Shown here piece after piece: positions 28,302-32,000 of a stretch of 32,000 bases of DNA. The translations under genes were made by a program, and so were the position numbers. The notes beneath the pieces were generated by a model. That model did not search any database and was not told where the DNA came from. It was given only the letters and a program-made list of their open reading frames with translations. Source of the DNA: Candidatus Heimdallarchaeota archaeon (GTDB lineage: Archaea > Asgardarchaeota > Heimdallarchaeia > Heimdallarchaeales > Heimdallarchaeaceae); contig DAOVER010000028.1 in NCBI GenBank assembly GCA_030668875.1, positions 7,399 to 39,398 on the forward strand, read 5' to 3'. Within the stretch, counting starts at the first letter, position 1. Every line of letters starts with the position of its first letter.

Positions 28302-28406
28302 AAGGCTTGTTCAATTTTCAGTTTAAAAGCGCAAAACAGAGGGAGTAAGTTTTAAATATAAATGGTTTACAAGCAAACTACTCAAAAATAAAAAAGTGTA
28401 TATAAT

Positions 28407-30659
28407 ATGGTACCACTTATTATACTAATAGCTATAATAGCCGGTGTTATATCTATCGGAGCTGCGATATATTTCACACTTATGGTGATGAAGAAAGATC
28501 GCGGAAACGAGAAGATGATTGAAGTATCCGGCTATATTGAAACAGGTGCTAAACACTTCCTCTGGGTCCAATATTTGGTCTTAGCGGCATTTGTTGGTTT
28601 TCTGTTTTTCGTAATATTACTATTCCTACCATCAGAGATGACTGGTGGCAATATTCCAGTAATAGCTGGGGATCTAAATTGGGAACAAGCGTTAGCTTAT
28701 CTGATAGGGTCTGTAGCATCAATGTTTGCTGGATGGCTAGGTTTGATTGTAGGAGTTAAGACAAACACAAGAGCTGCTTGGGGTGTAACAAAAAGCGTCA
28801 AGGAAGGATTCGATATAGCTTTCTTTGGAGGTTCAGTAATGGGCCTAGCAGTTGTTGGTGTAGCCTTATTAGGTGTTGGAGGAATTTATTGGATATTCGA
28901 ACCACTAGTAGGTCTAGCATTCGCTACAAAAGTAGTTTTAGGTTTCAGTTTCGGAGCTTCTACAATTGCATTGTTCATGAAATGTGGTGGAGGAATTTTC
29001 ACTAAAACAGCTGATGTAGGAGCAGATTTAGTTGGTAAAGCAGAATACAATCTTCCAGAGGACGATGTCCGAAATCCTGCAACAATAGCTGACAACGTCG
29101 GCGACAACGTAGGTGATATAGCTGGAATGGGATCTGACCTTCTAGACTCTTATGTAGCATCTATTGTAGCAGCAATGATTCTAGGTACAACGTTTGGTGC
29201 TTTAGGCTTTGAAATTTACTTTGTTATTCTTCCTATATTAATAGCAGGTGTAGGTTTAGTTGCTTCATTGATTGGTATTTTCCTCGTTAAATGGCTAGGA
29301 AGAGAAAATCCTGGAAAGGCTCTAAACATGGGAACATATTTTGCAACATTAATGGTAGCTGTTTTTGTAGCAATATTAATATGGATACTTACAGCTCAAA
29401 TTCCTTCAGCAACAACCCAATTATGGCGAGATTACTTCGCAATATTAATCGGTCTTGCTAGTGGAATTATAATCGGATGGACAAGTGATTACTTTACAAG
29501 AGAAGATAAACCACCTACAAAGAACATAGCTTTAGCTGCAGAAGAAGGTCATGCTGTAACAATACTATCTGGTTTCTCATATGGTTTGATCAGTGTTGTT
29601 CCTCCAGCTCTTGGTATAGTTGTTGCCATGGCAGTAGCATTTATGCTTGATGGTGTTTTTGGTGTTGCTTTAGCAGCTGTTGGTATGCTTTCCATTGTTG
29701 GAACAATTGTTTCAAATGATGCATTTGGTCCAATCGTCGACAATTCACGTGCAATTGCTGAACAAGGCGGTCTAGGCGAAGAAGTCATTAAAAATGCTGA
29801 CATGTTAGATGCTGCAGGAAACACAGCAAAAGCAATCACAAAAGGTTTTGCAATAGGTTCTGCAAACTTAACAGTTTTAGCACTACTATTCTCATTTGCT
29901 GAAGAAGCTGGAATAGTACATATGGACTTATTAGACATCAAAATTCTAATTGGAGCTTTCATTGGTGTAATTATTCCTGCTCTGTTCTCAGCTTTGTTAA
30001 TCCTATCAGTTCAGAAAAACGCAGCTAAGATGGTTCTAGAAATAAGAAGACAATTTGAAGAAAATCCTGGCATATTGAAAGGAACAGAACCAGCTGACTT
30101 CAATAAGACAATAGCTATAGCCACAAAAGGAGCTTTAGTGGAACTTATTCTACCTAGTATAATATCATTCACAGTACCTGTTATTGTTGGTCTCATATTT
30201 GGTGTTGCAGCCCTAGGTGCTTTTCTAGCAGGAGCAATTCTATCAGGATTCGTTTTCGCAATCATGATGTCTAATTCTGGCGGAGCTTGGGATAACGCTA
30301 AGAAGTGGATTGAAGAGGGTAATCTTGGTGGTAAAGGCACTGATACTCACAAAGCATCTATTACTGGTGACACCGTTGGTGATCCTTTCAAAGACACATC
30401 TGGTCCAAGTATTAACACTTTGCTTGTTGTTATGTCCTTGACTTCTTCTGTCTTCATGGGTCTTATGCTAGCAGTAGGTGCAGATGGTCTCATAGGTGAT
30501 TATCTCGCTCCAGAAGAATATATTAATAATCCAGTTTCTATAGGGGTCATCCTTCTTGTTCTTCTATGCTTGGTTTTAGTTGGTATCTTCATCTGGGCTA
30601 TCATGAAAGTTGTTAAACATCCTAAAGTAATGGAAAAGATTACTAAGAAGAAAGATTAA
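28407..30659 (+). CDS. hppA: Membrane-integral pyrophosphatase, K+-independent type
   Basis: GGGIFTKTADVGADLVGK, EDDxRNPATIADNVGDNVGD, GGAWDNAKK and GDTVGDPFKDTSGP. GNTAKAITKG carries the Lys diagnostic of K+ independence. Confidence 0.95.
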   Translation: MVPLIILIAIIAGVISIGAAIYFTLMVMKKDRGNEKMIEVSGYIETGAKHFLWVQYLVLAAFVGFLFFVILLFLPSEMTGGNIPVIAGDLNWEQALAYLIGSVASMFAGWLGLIVGVKTNTRAAWGVTKSVKEGFDIAFFGGSVMGLAVVGVALLGVGGIYWIFEPLVGLAFATKVVLGFSFGASTIALFMKCGGGIFTKTADVGADLVGKAEYNLPEDDVRNPATIADNVGDNVGDIAGMGSDLLDSYVASIVAAMILGTTFGALGFEIYFVILPILIAGVGLVASLIGIFLVKWLGRENPGKALNMGTYFATLMVAVFVAILIWILTAQIPSATTQLWRDYFAILIGLASGIIIGWTSDYFTREDKPPTKNIALAAEEGHAVTILSGFSYGLISVVPPALGIVVAMAVAFMLDGVFGVALAAVGMLSIVGTIVSNDAFGPIVDNSRAIAEQGGLGEEVIKNADMLDAAGNTAKAITKGFAIGSANLTVLALLFSFAEEAGIVHMDLLDIKILIGAFIGVIIPALFSALLILSVQKNAAKMVLEIRRQFEENPGILKGTEPADFNKTIAIATKGALVELILPSIISFTVPVIVGLIFGVAALGAFLAGAILSGFVFAIMMSNSGGAWDNAKKWIEEGNLGGKGTDTHKASITGDTVGDPFKDTSGPSINTLLVVMSLTSSVFMGLMLAVGADGLIGDYLAPEEYINNPVSIGVILLVLLCLVLVGIFIWAIMKVVKHPKVMEKITKKKD

Positions 30660-30700
30660 TCTTTCTTACACTTTTTCCTTTTTTCATTTTTCTTTTACTA
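30660..30700 (+). terminator. Oligo-T archaeal-type terminator after hppA
   Basis: Several T5-T6 tracts immediately after the stop codon (CTTTTTCCTTTTTTCATTTTTCTTTT). Confidence 0.5.
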
Positions 30701-30852
30701 AAGTTCATTACGTGAAAAACAATCTGTTAATTAATAATGCATAATTCTTTTAATCTTAGTTCTTCAATTTTAGTTTAGAAAAATTCAAAGTTGGTGACAA
30801 GTTTGAGTGAAAAATCAGTTAAAGCACTACTACTTAGTTCAACTGAACCAGC

Positions 30853-31342
30853 TGTTAAATTGAAAACATACCTTTATCTCTTAACTATTCTTGATGACCA
30901 CTCCTGCTTCCTCTAGAAAGTAGACTCTACACCCATCCAAGTGGTCAGCAAGAGATCTTGACAAGGTTACAGCACTGCTTACAGCTCTGTGGTCGTTCCC
31001 AACAAGCTCTAACAGACAATGGAGCACGGTTCCACTCTATGCGAGGAGGGACAAGTACCTTCACCCTTGTGCTCACTCAAGAAGGAATAAAACATATCCG
31101 TAGCCGTGTCTTCCACCCTAAAACTTGTGGGAAGGTAGAGCGTCAGCATGGGACAACTGTTAGAGAGCTGAAGAGACTGGGGTTAGCTTACTGTAACGCT
31201 GACCTCCAGCGCTATAAGGACTACTACAACTTCTTCCGCTCTCATCAAGGAATAAGCATGCAAACTCCAAGTGAACGATTTATGAACCAACCTCCCAAAG
31301 ATATATTGCCTAAAAGTGTAATCGATCTTAGTTGAGTTAACA
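30853..31342 (+). mobile_element. IS481-family transposase remnant (5'-deleted, frameshifted)
   Basis: YLLTILDDHS (30860-30912), a frameshift near 30911, then LTDNG, HPKTCGKVER and YYNFFRSHQG; ends in ...GTTAACA, matching the TGT/ACA ends of IS481. Confidence 0.8.
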
Positions 31343-31431
31343 GTATCATTATTTTTCTAAATAAATTTAAATATAATCAATAATACTGTAGCAATATGAA
31401 TTAATTGGAGAATTAAATATGAAGATAAGCA

Positions 31432-32000
31432 TGTCCCAAAACCTCCTATTCACCTCCAGAGGGGCTGAGCATACAAAAGAAAGTTGTACCAGAGGAAAGG
31501 GCAGAGTAAGGTCTTGAGTTTGTTGTTCGTCTTGCGGTCAGAAATAGTGAGCGGACGGAGCTTGATTAAACCAAACCAAAAACATGTTCAACACTTGCAC
31601 GTCGTTCAGGGTGGTGGTTTTTACGATACAAGCCAGGATAGTTTTTTTCCGCTCTAACTCTCAGGTCTTGAGGACTATCAGTTCCATGGTCGATAGAATT
31701 CTTGTTAGGTGGGACATCAGGGTACATACCTTCTTGCTTGATCCATCCCATGATATTTTCGTCCCAGTATGCTCCATCAAGGTGCATACATTTACAGCGC
31801 TGTATCAACCTCTTTGGCAATCTTTGAAAGAGTTTGCCACAGACTTTGCTGTCATGAGTAGTAGAAGGAGAAGTGGTGATCGAGACTACTGTACGAGAAG
31901 GGAGAGAGATAATAATATGCACTTTGCGGAAAAGTTTGGAAGTCTTCTTCAGTTGTCCTTTTGCCCACTTAAGGTAGCGCCAGAGGTTACCTGTAGTGAT
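31432..32000 (-). mobile_element. IS5-like (DDE_Tnp_1) transposase pseudogene with right end; continues beyond the window
   Basis: Open frame from 32000 with KVH, HDSK, LDGAY and RASVEHVFG; frameshift at 31568-31577; the restored frame ends at TGA 31450. Putative terminal repeat TGTCCCAAAACC at 31432. Confidence 0.8.

Noticed and set aside
3488-30340. Numerous short antisense or overlapping ORFs in the track (for example 7388-7879, 19010-19435, 29549-29962).
   Set aside because: They are shadows of well-supported genes on the opposite strand or in another frame, with no motifs.
1-32000. CRISPR array, tRNA or rRNA genes.
   Set aside because: No regularly spaced repeats or cloverleaf/rRNA signatures were seen in the intergenic regions.

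Overview
AT-rich archaeal window. The archaeal assignment rests on archaea-specific pantoate kinase and phosphopantothenate synthetase genes and BRE/TATA-like boxes about 25 nt upstream of several starts. An Asgard-type lineage is a guess only. Left to right: two tandem cellulose-synthase-like GT2 paralogs; a compact CoA-biosynthesis cluster (pps, panB, pok, panE, coaBC) with ferritin embedded; a Nudix hydrolase; a transposase-less TnpB element with a Fanzor-like rearranged RuvC site and a structured 3' end; a stand-alone E2 acyltransferase domain; an orphan CcrM/M.HinfI-like methyltransferase lacking the C-terminal domain; an S9 peptidase; an MmpL plus alpha/beta hydrolase pair; an SLC13/DASS transporter with an inserted sequon-rich ectodomain; 2-oxoacid:ferredoxin oxidoreductase alpha/beta; an AEC transporter; a 643-aa coiled-coil orphan; a DinB-like gene apparently broken by a ~49% GC, highly base-paired non-coding insert; an MFS transporter; a K+-independent membrane pyrophosphatase with unusual motif substitutions; and decayed IS481 and IS5-like elements. 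No rRNA, tRNA or CRISPR array was recognised. The best novelty leads are the unexplained structured insert (26231-26600) and the Fanzor-like TnpB (9164-10515). All homology calls are from motif recognition by eye; no searches were run.
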